This document shows, piece by piece, positions 1 through 13,100 of a DNA stretch of 64,000 nt. Made by a program: the position numbers and the translations under genes. The stretch's first letter is position 1. Each line of letters opens with the position of its first letter. The notes below the pieces were generated by a model. The model saw only the letters and a program-made list of their open reading frames with translations, was not told the origin of the DNA and searched no databases. Origin of the DNA: Eledone cirrhosa (lineage: Eukaryota); contig OZ024754.1 of the NCBI GenBank assembly GCA_964016885.1, positions 10,230,001 to 10,294,000 on the forward strand. The letters run 5' to 3'.

Positions 1-149
1 TAAATTATATGATTCAACAGGTGTGTATGTCTGTACAGGTGCTTACAAGCTGCTTGTGTGGGTGTTCAGTCCATGCTTTTAGTGTATGGCTGATGTATGA
101 TGAGGTTAACCATATAATTAAATCCAAATCATGCTTTCATACAAGGATC

Positions 150-378
150 TGAACCCTATAACATTTAAACTGGCCATATCCAGCCAGAATTCTCTCACCT
201 CTTTCTGTTCCAACTGGCTGTAATTGGCTGCTCATACTTATGTTAAAATATTCTTCTCAAAATAAATAACACCAAAATCTTGTAGATTCGATGATATGTG
301 AGATAATTATGTGAGGGAAAGTGTTTACCATGAAAATAAAATAGTAAATAGAGAGTAATGTAGATGTTTAAGTGTTAA
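150..378. mobile_element. TTAA-type (piggyBac-like) MITE, degenerate copy
   Basis: Begins TGAACCCT, ends AAGTGTTAA. Aligns along its length with 59131-59345 (shared GAATTCTCTCACCTCTTTCTGTTC, TTCTCAAAA.TAAATAACA and ATGAAAATA.AATAGTAAATA blocks). Confidence 0.6.
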
Positions 379-929
379 ATAATCTGGTTAACAGAACTTA
401 TCTGCTATACCTGGATAATTCATGGGTTTTAAATGATTGTGGCTTCTCATACTGTTAGCTGAGTTGAAAACCCTAGAATACTGGGGGAGGTGGGGGTGAA
501 GTGCTAAGGTGCAGAATTAACAGGTATTGATGTTATACCCTTAAAAACTGAACTAAGTCAACTTGAAAATCAGAAACTGTTAAAGAAAGAGGGGGCCGAG
601 CAATTCTTTCTGATCAGCTTTCTTCCATAGTTGGCTACCTTCAGCTATTCTTATCTTAAAACTCCTAATTTGTGTCTAACATCCATGCATTCATGCATGG
701 ATGTCTCTCTCTATATATATCAATGTAATGCTTATGTGCTGCTAAGTCCTCAGCCGACAATATACATGTTATAATCAACAGCAAGAAATCTTTCATTTAA
801 CTCTTGGGTAACGATTAAATCTTACAAATTCCCCATCTATACATTTTATAAAACAGAATCTTCATGCCTACATAAATATTATTCCTTCACTCTCTCACTG
901 AGCAGAGACAGATACGTATAGTCACACAC

Positions 930-993
<64 letters not shown>

Positions 994-998
994 TATAA

Positions 999-1295
999 CG
1001 GCATTCCTGTCTTAACGACATCACAACTTTCTCCGCTTGGCCTGTTCCCCCCCCCCTTTTGGAACTTTCCCCCGTTGATGGGCGTGAGCCCGAAATATTG
1101 GGATTAAATCTCCACTACGGTAACCCTTCTACCTTTGTTTTGTTTTCATCTTTGTCTCTCTCAATTTTCACTTCCTCCTGTTTCTCCTATCTATCATTCA
1201 CTTCCTACCTCGAGATTTCCCTCTGCATTGTTGTGGCTTTCTTAACTACGTATTTTACACATTTCACAATGCTTCAAGCAAACTTTAACACCCTC
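999..1295 (+). mobile_element. (TA)n-flanked island, probable Penelope-like terminal fragment with a decayed hammerhead
   Basis: Unique sequence between two (TA)n tracts. 1068-1103 reads TCCCCCG TTGAT GGGC-GTGA-GCCC GAAA TATT GGGA: stem II with a GNRA loop and GAAA are present, but the core lacks its GA. Confidence 0.35.
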
Positions 1296-1354
1296 ATATA
1301 TATATATATATATATACATATATACATATATATATATACATATATACATATATA

Positions 1355-1575
1355 AAGGAACGATCGACTTTCGTCAAATCGGACCAAGAGAACAATGTTT
1401 CCGTTGGTCTTTCCAATTGCTAATACTATCTATCGGTCGCAACTCCAGGTAGAAGGAGCAACGTGAAATAAAGTGTCTTGCTCAAGGACATAACGCATCG
1501 CCTGGTCCAGGAATCGAACTCACAACCTTACGATTGCGAATCCAATTCTCTAACCACTCAGCCACACGCCTTCAT
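1355..1575 (-). mobile_element. tRNA-derived SINE, group A head with tail type 2
   Basis: Minus strand has A box TGGCTGAGTGG, B box GTTCGATTC and central CCTTGAGCAAGACACTTTATTTCAC (CORE-like). Same tail as 43690-43942 and 61990-62243. Confidence 0.8.
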
Positions 1576-1786
1576 AAAGTGAAGCAAGTCCATAGAATTA
1601 TTTGATAATATATATACATCATTTCAACTCCCAATTAGCATAATTAACCACACAAAAAATCAATTAGACCAGGCTATAAGATTAAAAGGCACCTATGAAG
1701 AAACAGTAAATAAATATACCATAGCAGCGTCTTTGCGGCCAACCGCTATAAAATATCTATCCAACATTTCAACAGCACGTGGAAAT

Positions 1787-1835
<49 letters not shown>

Positions 1836-2076
1836 AGTTTTTCCAAATTGAAGGATAAGTATTTAACCTTAATTTTATTCTGAGTTAAGACTCTATTGGT
1901 TTTTTTCCCTGGATTTCACAAAATCTGTGGATAAAATTTCTGTCTTGACTTTTTTTGAATTGGGTTTGAATTATTTTCCCACATCTTACGTTAAATATTT
2001 TCCATTTTGACGTTATAGTCACTTATATATTATGAAATACTGTTGGCTTCTTGCTCACATTAATTTCTCTATTTTC

Positions 2077-2108
<32 letters not shown>

Positions 2109-2111
<3 letters not shown>

Positions 2112-2311
2112 AAAAAGTATGACCCCCGACGGCAGAACTCAAGCCATTTCGACGGCTATTTCTGGATTGAAATAGTCCAGAAATAGCCGTTGAAACGGCA
2201 TGAGCTCTGCCGTCGGGGGTCATACTTTTTCCTATTTCCCACTCTACTACCCTAAGTATTGAGTACTCTGGTGCGTTATGGTCCATCTGGTTCCTTACCA
2301 CAATTCCTTTG

Positions 2312-2312
<1 letters not shown>
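2109..2312 (+). mobile_element. Fold-back Penelope-like terminal fragment with the 3' half of a hammerhead
   Basis: ~125-bp near-perfect palindrome 2109-2233 between (TA)n tracts. Contains GAAA-CGGCA-loop-TGCCG-TC-GGGGG (2192-2219). A related copy lies in the opposite orientation at 26321-26499 (shared AAGTATTGAGTACTCTGGTG..TTATGGTCC). Confidence 0.6.
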
Positions 2313-2347
<35 letters not shown>

Positions 2348-2440
2348 ACATGTCTATATACACATGTGCATATATAGATACATGTCTATAGGCACATGTA
2401 TATATAGACATATGTGCATATTAGATACATATATACATAT

Positions 2441-2545
2441 AGAAGTTGGTGATCCTGGACGGGAGCAGTGGTGAAAGTGGGGCTTTCAGACTGGTGGCCG
2501 TTTATGCCCCGCCTGAAGTGCTTTAAGCGACTGGAGTCGCTCTTT
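2441..2545 (+). mobile_element. L1/Tx1-like LINE endonuclease-domain fragment
   Basis: Translates KLVILDGSSGESGAFRLVAVYAP, then FKRLESL after a frameshift. FRLVAVYAP matches the APE-endonuclease 'hhhhNVYAP' strand of L1-clade ORF2. Confidence 0.6.
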
Positions 2546-3354
2546 ACTATAAGAATCTCACCTATGCCACATATTTAACACAGCAATAATGCTCCACCCT
2601 ATTAGAGCTTCAATTTATAAGAAGCTCACCTGGGAATTGAACCTGTGCCACATATGTAGCACAGAAATAATGCACCACACTCTTAGAATTTCAATTTAAG
2701 AATAAAAAACGTCAGGTTCTTTTATGAGATACTGATTGACATTAGCCAAATGGCAATGAACTAATGAAATTATGACAATGGGGTGATTAAAATTGAGAGG
2801 GATGGGTTTAAAAGGGGGGTGACACCAGCTGGGTCAGGGAGCAGGGCATTATGAAGGTCTAGAAAACATATGCCAGCTTAGAAACATGTGAATGGTGGGG
2901 GTGATAATACATGAAGATGTACAAGGAAATTTAGAGCAAATTTTCTTAATAAATGTATATATATATATTAAAAAAAAACAAACAATTAAGTTATGTTTTT
3001 AATGAATTCCATTCATGAGAGAGAGGAATAATGTCTAACCTCGGTGATCTATTGATTCAATAATTAAGATCAAAATAAAATAAAATGAAATAAAATTGAA
3101 ATAACAAAAAACTACCATAACAATAATAGCATCCTCAAATAACATTAGCCTGTTATAGCAATGTAATTTCTGTATCATTTCGAGAACTTTTAGCAAGTTA
3201 TCTACCAACTACTTCATTTACTAAAATATCACAAATTGATCACTTCTGATATGAATTAACAGAATAGTATTTTTGGTAAATGCTGGACTGAAGAAAAACG
3301 ATAAGTCATAATGAGTATTCTGCTTCATAGATACTCACAATATGTTTTTCTATA

Positions 3355-3555
3355 CATAGGTTCTGTATGAGCAAGACATGGTCACCTGACCTAGCATTGC
3401 CCACAACAGGACAACTCGTGTAACCCATGCTAGCATGGAAAAATGGATGTAAGGTGGTGGTGATGGTGGTGATGGTGGTGGTGATGATGGTGATGATGGT
3501 GATGATGGTGGTGATGATGGTGGTGGTGGTGGTGGTGGTGATGATGATGATGAGT
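3355..3555 (+). mobile_element. RTE-type 3' tail fragment with (GGT/GAT)n tail
   Basis: AACCCATGCTAGCATGGAAAAATGGATGTAA followed by (GAT/GGT)n. Homologous (reverse) to 4785-4878. Confidence 0.6.
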
Positions 3556-4083
3556 CTTGTAGATGATAAATGAGAGAGTCTATCAAGTGGAACTAATACA
3601 GAGAACAATGTTAATTTTGAAAGGGATAATTTGGGTGAGAAAGGAATTCTATAAACATTTCCAGTCCTAAGTATTCTTGACATAGGGATCAAAACTTGGA
3701 TCATTGGCTTCATTGTTCTAAAATGACTGCTATTTTAATGAATCTCTTAATAAGGCAAGTTCGAATGAAGATAATTCAGTTTATAATCAGATAATTATCT
3801 TCTATACCATCCTTTTAAGACTTATTTCCTGCCCCTAATGTTGTAGAACATAAGAAGAAGCCAAGTTACTGATCGTAAGCTTCCAGGGGTGAAATGATAA
3901 AATCAAGGTTGAGTTTAATTGTTCAGGAAGGTCATCCGTTGATAAGCCACATCACAGAATCCCATAGTAAAGTATAATATTGATGGTAAAGTATAATATT
4001 TTGAAACAAATGAGATGTGGAACAATAATATTCTTAGATGAACAATCATTCATATGAATAAATTGACGATAGAATTGTAGCTA

Positions 4084-4161
4084 CAGGGTGTATCAATAAG
4101 AATTATCCAATTTACATACATATATATATAAAAATCAGATGATTCTCTTTGATACAACCTG
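4084..4161. mobile_element. Tc1/mariner-type MITE (~78 bp)
   Basis: TA-flanked imperfect TIRs: CAGGGTGTATCAATAAGAATTATC ... GATGATTCTCTTTGATACAACCTG. Confidence 0.6.
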
Positions 4162-4599
4162 TATTACAAATGAGAGAAAGTGAGAAATAGACTGATCTTC
4201 GTAGTAGGTTTGTTTGAGGTGCTCCTTTATTGGCAGTATGGATCTTAAAAGAGGAAAGCCTTCATGCTTACATCTATGACATATGGACTGTGTGTGTATG
4301 TACACAGGAATCTACCGTATTGTCTCACCTTAGAATAATAAATACGCATACAATAATTCGATATACACAGCCAACTTTATATATTCATTGTAACTACATA
4401 GGAATAATAAATATTAATATCCTCTAATCCACATGGGTTTTACCAGATTTACTAAAATGATTACCAATTCTTTCACATTATAATACACCAATGTATTATA
4501 ATAGAGAATTTTACAATTGGGTAGCTAATCTTAAGTATTTCATGTGTGTGTGTACATGCACCAAATTCTATAATTCCTAATATTAACAATTGTGGCTTA

Positions 4600-4760
4600 T
4601 TTTGTTTCTATGTCCTGAGTTCAAATCCTGCCAAGGTCTACTTTACATTTCATCCTTTCAGGGTCGATAATATAAAGTATCAGTCACATACTTGGGTTGA
4701 TGTAATGACCTTTCTCTTCCCCACAAATTGTTGGCCTTGTGCCTAAATTAGAAACCATTA
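4600..4760 (+). mobile_element. SINE group B, 5'-decayed
   Basis: CTGAGTTCAAATCC B box, TTTCATCCTTTCAGGGTCGATAA core and GGCCTTGTGCCTAAATTAGAAAC tail. Confidence 0.75.
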
Positions 4761-4761
4761 T

Positions 4762-5307
4762 ATCATCATCATCATCATCGCCGTTTTACGTCCGTTCTTC
4801 CACGCTAGCATGGGTTAGATGGGTTGTCCTGTTGTGGCCAGTGTCCGGTCGGCTGACCTTGTCTTGCTCATACAGGAACTGATTCTGGCTTGATTTCTAC
4901 AGCTGGATGCCCTTCCTAACACCAACCTCATTTACAGTGAGTGCTGGGTGCTTTTTTGCCGTGGCACCTCCACGTCCACTTTACTGTGTGGGCTGGGTGC
5001 TTTTTTGCCGTGGCACCTCCACAACCTCTTTACTGTGTGGGCTGGGTGCTTTTTTCCCCCGTGGCACATCCACGTCCACTTCACAGTGTGGGCTGGGTGC
5101 TTTTTTGCCGTGGCACCTCCTGGGTGCTTTTTTGCAGTGGAATGATAGAGACCCCAGTCCTATCATCTCATTTCTACGGCTGAGTAAACTGGAGCAATGT
5201 GAAATAAAGTGTCTTGCTCAAGGAAACAACACATCACCCAGTCCGAGGATTGAACTCACAACCTTTAAATTGCAAGCCCAATGCTCTAACCACTAAGCCA
5301 TGCGCCT
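4762..5307 (-). mobile_element. tRNA-derived SINE group A with RTE tail and an internal 49-bp tandem expansion
   Basis: A box TGGCTTAGTGG, B box GTTCAATCC, CORE-like block, AGGAAGGGCATCCAGCTGTAGAAA block and (GAT)n tail. The 49-51-bp unit starts at 4943, 4992, 5041 and 5092. Confidence 0.85.
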
Positions 5308-5321
5308 ATAATGATTATTAA

Positions 5322-5466
5322 ATGAATTCAAATCCTACCAAAGTCTCCTTTGCCTTTTATCCTTAAGGGCTTGATAAAACAAACAACCAATAACACACTA
5401 GGGTTGATATAATTGACTTTCCCCTCGCCACAAATTATTGGCCTTGGGCTTAAATCAGAGACCATT

Positions 5467-5467
<1 letters not shown>
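5322..5467 (+). mobile_element. SINE group B, degenerate
   Basis: TTCAAATCC ... TTTGCCTTTTATCC ... GGCCTTGGGCTTAAATCAGAGACCATTAT. Confidence 0.6.
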
Positions 5468-5505
<38 letters not shown>

Positions 5506-5865
5506 GTGACGACAATTTTTCAGATTCTACCACACAATGATAAAATTCAACAATCTTTTTAAAATACCATCACAGTATTTCCATCTTCATTTACACAATT
5601 CTACCTTAGCGAGGCCTGTTTTACATTCCAGAGTTTAAAACCCAATTTCACAACTAAAATTCTTTCTGCTTAGTTTTCTGTTTTCGATTTAATTCTTCAT
5701 ATATATATATATATTTTTTTTTCTTTTTTTTTTTCCACCCCAAATTTCTGCTGAAAATGTAACAAATAACGATGTGATGTCACACTGCATTGACGATCTT
5801 ATTTAAGTGAATAATTAATTTTGTTTCTAAATTTCTTTTTTTTTAATTCAGGGACAACATTAGAT

Positions 5866-5897
<32 letters not shown>

Positions 5898-6711
5898 ACA
5901 CCTGATATCTTCTCATTTAAACATTGATAATATAGTTGATTAGTTTCTGTTCCCAGCCAACCATGCTTGGTTATTTTGAGCCTTGTAGCTAGTCGAATGT
6001 ATTTAAGCTCATTAAAATTTCCTTAATGAACTCATTCTAAGAATTGTGAGGATGAAATATAACGAACACCAAGATTTGCCCTAAATTGTAAAAAGCACCA
6101 AGAATACTTTCCATTTAGACAGAATCAGCCTTATTCAACAGCCAAGATTTTCCCATTTTCTTCTTATTTCCCTTCCCTCCATCTTTCCTTTACACACCAC
6201 CACCATCACTGCTACACCATTATCTGTAATTCCTTTTCTTTTTTTCCTCTTTGTTCACATATTTCCTCTTCAAGCATGTTATTCTCTCCAACCAAACAAA
6301 ACAACAACGACAACAACAACATTATTTTTTTTACCCTGATTCCTCACCCACAAAACCCCAACCCTCATTCACCAAATATTACATTATACCACACACACAC
6401 ACACACAATTCAGTCAATCTCCCTAGTCTTTCATCAATTCTTTTACCTGAAAATCATCTCCACTCCACTCCACATCACTACCTCCCCTCACCTCACATCA
6501 TGCTGCCCCAATCCCCACCATTTTTCTACAGTTATCAAATTTCAGTTTAATTTCCCCAAAATATTGTCCCAATATGATTGAATGTCATTTGGATTATTGC
6601 AATTCTCGGTCTTTCTTCCAAGCCATGTTGATATGTCCGTGGGTGAACTAGACACTATAATCACAACCAAGTTCAGTGCTAGTGTTGTTATTGTTATTGT
6701 CGTTGTTGATA

Positions 6712-7194
6712 TCTTTCCTTATTTGCCACAATGGTGTACAAGAAATGGGACATTACAAGAAGTGACGGCAGGGGATTTACATAAAAACCATATAATTTTA
6801 ACATTAATAAATAACAATAAACTATATATAAAATAAAATAACAATCAAAATCCCCAATAGGGGGGGGGGACAATACTGCGTGGTTGTTTTACACCCCGTA
6901 GATAGAACAACCCTCAACACCAGGAGCACGTTTTGTAGGTGTTCCCATCTTCCCTCTGTTTTCCTCAACCTATAGATTTATATACAGAGAAGGCCCATTC
7001 ACTCGGGCCATTTTCGCCACTTTCACCCACCTTTCAGCGAATATGCTGGGGTGCAGCACCTCTCTCTCCACTCCCACCTTCCTTCTGAAGTGCTACTTAA
7101 AGAAGGGGATGAGTTGTTGTTCGGAGAGAAAGGTGTTTGCCCTCAGTCCTTTCAGCCTTGTCCACCATGTTACCACTTCCGCCACAGCCACCAG
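6712..7194 (-). mobile_element. L1/Tx1-like LINE 3' end (ORF2 C-terminus plus 3' UTR), pseudogenised
   Basis: Minus strand 7194->6991 reads LVAVAEVVTWWTRLKGLRANTFLSEQQLIPFFK*HFRRKVGVEREVLHPSIFAERWVKVAKMARVNGP. The UTR has CCCCCCCTATTGGGG and the tail TTGTGGCAAATAAGGAAA, shared with 24914-25556, 39057-39180 and 39424-39656. Clade assignment is from recalled similarity. Confidence 0.7.
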
Positions 7195-10100
7195 CTACTA
7201 CCTGTACTAGACATACATTCTACAAAGGTTTACAAACCAGTCTCACGGCCACCAGCTACTACCTGTACTAGACATACATTCTACAAAGGTTTACAAACCT
7301 GTCTCATGGCCACCACTACTACCTGTACTAGACATACATTCTACAAAGGTTTACAAACCTCCCTCACAGCCACCAGCTACTACCTGTACTAGACATACAT
7401 TCTACAAAGGTTTACAAACCAGTCTCACGGCCACCAGCTACTACCTGTACTAGACATACATTCTACAAAGGTTTACAAACCTGTCTCACGGCCACCAGCT
7501 ACTACCTGTACTAGACATACATTCTACAAAGGTTTACAAACCAGTCTCACGGCCACCAGCTACTACCTGTACTAGACATACATTCTACAAAGGTTTACAA
7601 ACCAGTCTCACAGCCACCACTACTACCTGTACTAGACATACATTCTACAAAGGTTTACAAACCTGTCTCACAGCCACCAGCTACTACCTGTACTAGACAT
7701 ACATTCTACAAAGGTTTACAAACCTGTCTCATGGCCACCAGCTACTACCTGTACTAGACATACATTCTACAAAGGTTTACAAACCAGTCTCACAGCCACC
7801 ACTACTACCTGTACTAGACATACATTCTACAAAGGTTTACAAACCAGTCTCACAGCCACCACTACTACCTGTACTAGACATACATTCTACAAAGGTTTAC
7901 AAACCTGTCTCACGGCCACCAGCTACTACCTGTACTAGACATACATTCTACAAAGGTTTACAAACCTGTCTCATGGCCACCAGCTACTACCTGTACTAGA
8001 CATACATTCTACAAAGGTTTACAAACCTCCCTCACAGCCACCACTACTACCTGTACTAGACATACATTCTACAAAGGCTTACAAACCTGTCTCATGGCCA
8101 CCAGCTACTACCTGTACTAGACATACATTCTACAAAGGTTTACAAACCAGTCTCATGGCCACCACTACTACCTGTACTAGACATACATTCTACAAAGGTT
8201 TACAAACCTGTCTCATGGCCACCACTACTACCTGTACTAGACATACATTCTACAAAGGTTTACAAACCTGTCTCACGGCCACCAGCTACTACCTGTACTA
8301 GACATACATTCTACAAAGGTTTACAAACCTCCCTCACAGCCACCAGCTACTACCTGTACTAGACATACATTCTACAAAGGTTTACAAACCTGTCTCATGG
8401 CCACCAGCTACTACCTGTACTAGACATACATTCTACAAAGGTTTACAAACCTCCCTCACAGCCACCAGCTACTACCTGTACTAGACATACATTCTACAAA
8501 GGTTTACAAACCAGTCTCACGGCCACCAGCTACTACCTGTACTAGACATACATTCTACAAAGGTTTACAAACCTCCCTCACAGCCACCAGCTACTACCTG
8601 TACTAGACATACATTCTACAAAGGTTTACAAACCTGTCTCATGGCCACCAGCTACTACCTGTACTAGACATACATTCTACAAAGGTTTACAAACCTCCCT
8701 CACAGCCACCAGCTACTACCTGTACTAGACATACATTCTACAAAGGTTTACAAACCTGTCTCACGGCCACCAGCTACTACCTGTACTAGACATACATTCT
8801 ACAAAGGTTTACAAACCTCCCTCACAGCCACCAGCTACTACCTGTACTAGACATACATTCTACAAAGGTTTACAAACCTGTCTCATGGCCACCAGCTACT
8901 ACCTGTACTAGACATACATTCTACAAAGGTTTACAAACCTGTCTCATGGCCACCAGCTACTACCTGTACTAGACATACATTCTACAAAGGTTTACAAACC
9001 TGTCTCATGGCCACCACTACTACCTGTACTAGACATACATTCTACAAAGGTTTACAAACCTGTCTCACGGCCACCAGCTACTACCTGTACTAGACATACA
9101 TTCTACAAAGGTTTACAAACCTGTCTCATGGCCACCAGCTACTACCTGTACTAGACATACATTCTACAAAGGTTTACAAACCAGTCTCACAGCCACCACT
9201 ACTACCTGTACTAGACATACATTCTACAAAGGTTTACAAACCTGTCTCACGGCCACCAGCTACTACCTGTACTAGACATACATTCTACAAAGGTTTACAA
9301 ACCTCCCTCACAGCCACCACTACTACCTGTACTAGACATACATTCTACAAAGGCTTACAAACCTGTCTCATGGCCACCAGCTACTACCTGTACTAGACAT
9401 ACATTCTACAAAGGTTTACAAACCAGTCTCATGGCCACCACTACTACCTGTACTAGACATACATTCTACAAAGGTTTACAAACCTGTCTCACGGCCACCA
9501 GCTACTACCTGTACTAGACATACATTCTACAAAGGTTTACAAACCTGTCTCACGGCCACCAGCTACTACCTGTACTAGACATACATTCTACAAAGGTTTA
9601 CAAACCTCCCTCACAGCCACCAGCTACTACCTGTACTAGACATACATTCTACAAAGGTTTACAAACCTCCCTCACAGCCACCAGCTACTACCTGTACTAG
9701 ACATACATTCTACAAAGGTTTACAAACCTGTCTCATGGCCACCAGCTACTACCTGTACTAGACATACATTCTACAAAGGTTTACAAACCAGTCTCACAGC
9801 CACCAGCTACTACCTGTACTAGACATACATTCTACAAAGGTTTACAAACCTGTCTCACGGCCACCAGCTACTACCTGTACTAGACATACATTCTACAAAG
9901 GTTTACAAACCAGTCTCACAGCCACCAGCTACTACCTGTACTAGACATACATTCTACAAAGGTTTACAAACCTGTCTCACGGCCACCAGCTACTACCTGT
10001 ACTAGACATACATTCTACAAAGGTTTACAAACCAGTCTCACGGCCACCAGCTACTACCTGTACTAGACATACATTCTACAAAGGTTTACAAACCTGTCTC

Positions 10101-13100
10101 ACGGCCACCAGCTACTACCTGTACTAGACATACATTCTACAAAGGTTTACAAACCTGTCTCACGGCCACCAGCTACTACCTGTACTAGACATACATTCTA
10201 CAAAGGTTTACAAACCAGTCTCACGGCCACCAGCTACTACCTGTACTAGACATACATTCTACAAAGGTTTACAAACCTGTCTCATGGCCACCAGCTACTA
10301 CCTGTACTAGACATACATTCTACAAAGGTTTACAAACCTGTCTCACGGCCACCAGCTACTACCTGTACTAGACATACATTCTACAAAGGTTTACAAACCT
10401 GTCTCATGGCCACCACTACTACCTGTACTAGACATACATTCTACAAAGGTTTACAAACCTGTCTCATGGCCACCAGCTACTACCTGTACTAGACATACAT
10501 TCTACAAAGGTTTACAAACCAGTCTCACGGCCACCAGCTACTACCTGTACTAGACATACATTCTACAAAGGTTTACAAACCTGTCTCATGGCCACCAGCT
10601 ACTACCTGTACTAGACATACATTCTACAAAGGTTTACAAACCTGTCTCATGGCCACCAGCTACTACCTGTACTAGACATACATTCTACAAAGGTTTACAA
10701 ACCTGTCTCATGGCCACCAGCTACTACCTGTACTAGACATACATTCTACAAAGGTTTACAAACCTGTCTCATGGCCACCAGCTACTACCTGTACTAGACA
10801 TACATTCTACAAAGGTTTACAAACCTGTCTCATGGCCACCAGCTACTACCTGTACTAGACATACATTCTACAAAGGTTTACAAACCTGTCTCACGGCCAC
10901 CAGCTACTACCTGTACTAGACATACATTCTACAAAGGTTTACAAACCTCCCTCACAGCCACCAGCTACTACCTGTACTAGACATACATTCTACAAAGGTT
11001 TACAAACCTGTCTCATGGCCACCAGCTACTACCTGTACTAGACATACATTCTACAAAGGTTTACAAACCTCCCTCACAGCCACCAGCTACTACCTGTACT
11101 AGACATACATTCTACAAAGGTTTACAAACCAGTCTCACGGCCACCAGCTACTACCTGTACTAGACATACATTCTACAAAGGTTTACAAACCTCCCTCACA
11201 GCCACCAGCTACTACCTGTACTAGACATACATTCTACAAAGGTTTACAAACCTGTCTCATGGCCACCAGCTACTACCTGTACTAGACATACATTCTACAA
11301 AGGTTTACAAACCTCCCTCACAGCCACCAGCTACTACCTGTACTAGACATACATTCTACAAAGGTTTACAAACCTGTCTCACGGCCACCAGCTACTACCT
11401 GTACTAGACATACATTCTACAAAGGTTTACAAACCTCCCTCACAGCCACCAGCTACTACCTGTACTAGACATACATTCTACAAAGGTTTACAAACCTGTC
11501 TCATGGCCACCAGCTACTACCTGTACTAGACATACATTCTACAAAGGTTTACAAACCTGTCTCATGGCCACCAGCTACTACCTGTACTAGACATACATTC
11601 TACAAAGGTTTACAAACCTGTCTCATGGCCACCACTACTACCTGTACTAGACATACATTCTACAAAGGTTTACAAACCTGTCTCACGGCCACCAGCTACT
11701 ACCTGTACTAGACATACATTCTACAAAGGTTTACAAACCTGTCTCATGGCCACCAGCTACTACCTGTACTAGACATACATTCTACAAAGGTTTACAAACC
11801 AGTCTCACAGCCACCACTACTACCTGTACTAGACATACATTCTACAAAGGTTTACAAACCTGTCTCACGGCCACCAGCTACTACCTGTACTAGACATACA
11901 TTCTACAAAGGTTTACAAACCTCCCTCACAGCCACCACTACTACCTGTACTAGACATACATTCTACAAAGGCTTACAAACCTGTCTCATGGCCACCAGCT
12001 ACTACCTGTACTAGACATACATTCTACAAAGGTTTACAAACCAGTCTCATGGCCACCACTACTACCTGTACTAGACATACATTCTACAAAGGTTTACAAA
12101 CCTGTCTCACGGCCACCAGCTACTACCTGTACTAGACATACATTCTACAAAGGTTTACAAACCTGTCTCACGGCCACCAGCTACTACCTGTACTAGACAT
12201 ACATTCTACAAAGGTTTACAAACCTCCCTCACAGCCACCAGCTACTACCTGTACTAGACATACATTCTACAAAGGTTTACAAACCTCCCTCACAGCCACC
12301 AGCTACTACCTGTACTAGACATACATTCTACAAAGGTTTACAAACCTGTCTCATGGCCACCAGCTACTACCTGTACTAGACATACATTCTACAAAGGTTT
12401 ACAAACCAGTCTCACAGCCACCAGCTACTACCTGTACTAGACATACATTCTACAAAGGTTTACAAACCTGTCTCACGGCCACCAGCTACTACCTGTACTA
12501 GACATACATTCTACAAAGGTTTACAAACCAGTCTCACAGCCACCAGCTACTACCTGTACTAGACATACATTCTACAAAGGTTTACAAACCTGTCTCACGG
12601 CCACCAGCTACTACCTGTACTAGACATACATTCTACAAAGGTTTACAAACCAGTCTCACGGCCACCAGCTACTACCTGTACTAGACATACATTCTACAAA
12701 GGTTTACAAACCTGTCTCACGGCCACCAGCTACTACCTGTACTAGACATACATTCTACAAAGGTTTACAAACCTGTCTCACGGCCACCAGCTACTACCTG
12801 TACTAGACATACATTCTACAAAGGTTTACAAACCAGTCTCACGGCCACCAGCTACTACCTGTACTAGACATACATTCTACAAAGGTTTACAAACCTGTCT
12901 CATGGCCACCAGCTACTACCTGTACTAGACATACATTCTACAAAGGTTTACAAACCTGTCTCACGGCCACCAGCTACTACCTGTACTAGACATACATTCT
13001 ACAAAGGTTTACAAACCTGTCTCATGGCCACCACTACTACCTGTACTAGACATACATTCTACAAAGGTTTACAAACCTGTCTCATGGCCACCAGCTACTA

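Noticed and set aside
679-704. 12-bp-arm palindrome ACATCCATGCAT-TC-ATGCATGGATGT (and the 10-bp hairpin at 16955-16980)
   Set aside because: Isolated short hairpins with no family or functional context. Not terminators in a eukaryotic sequence.
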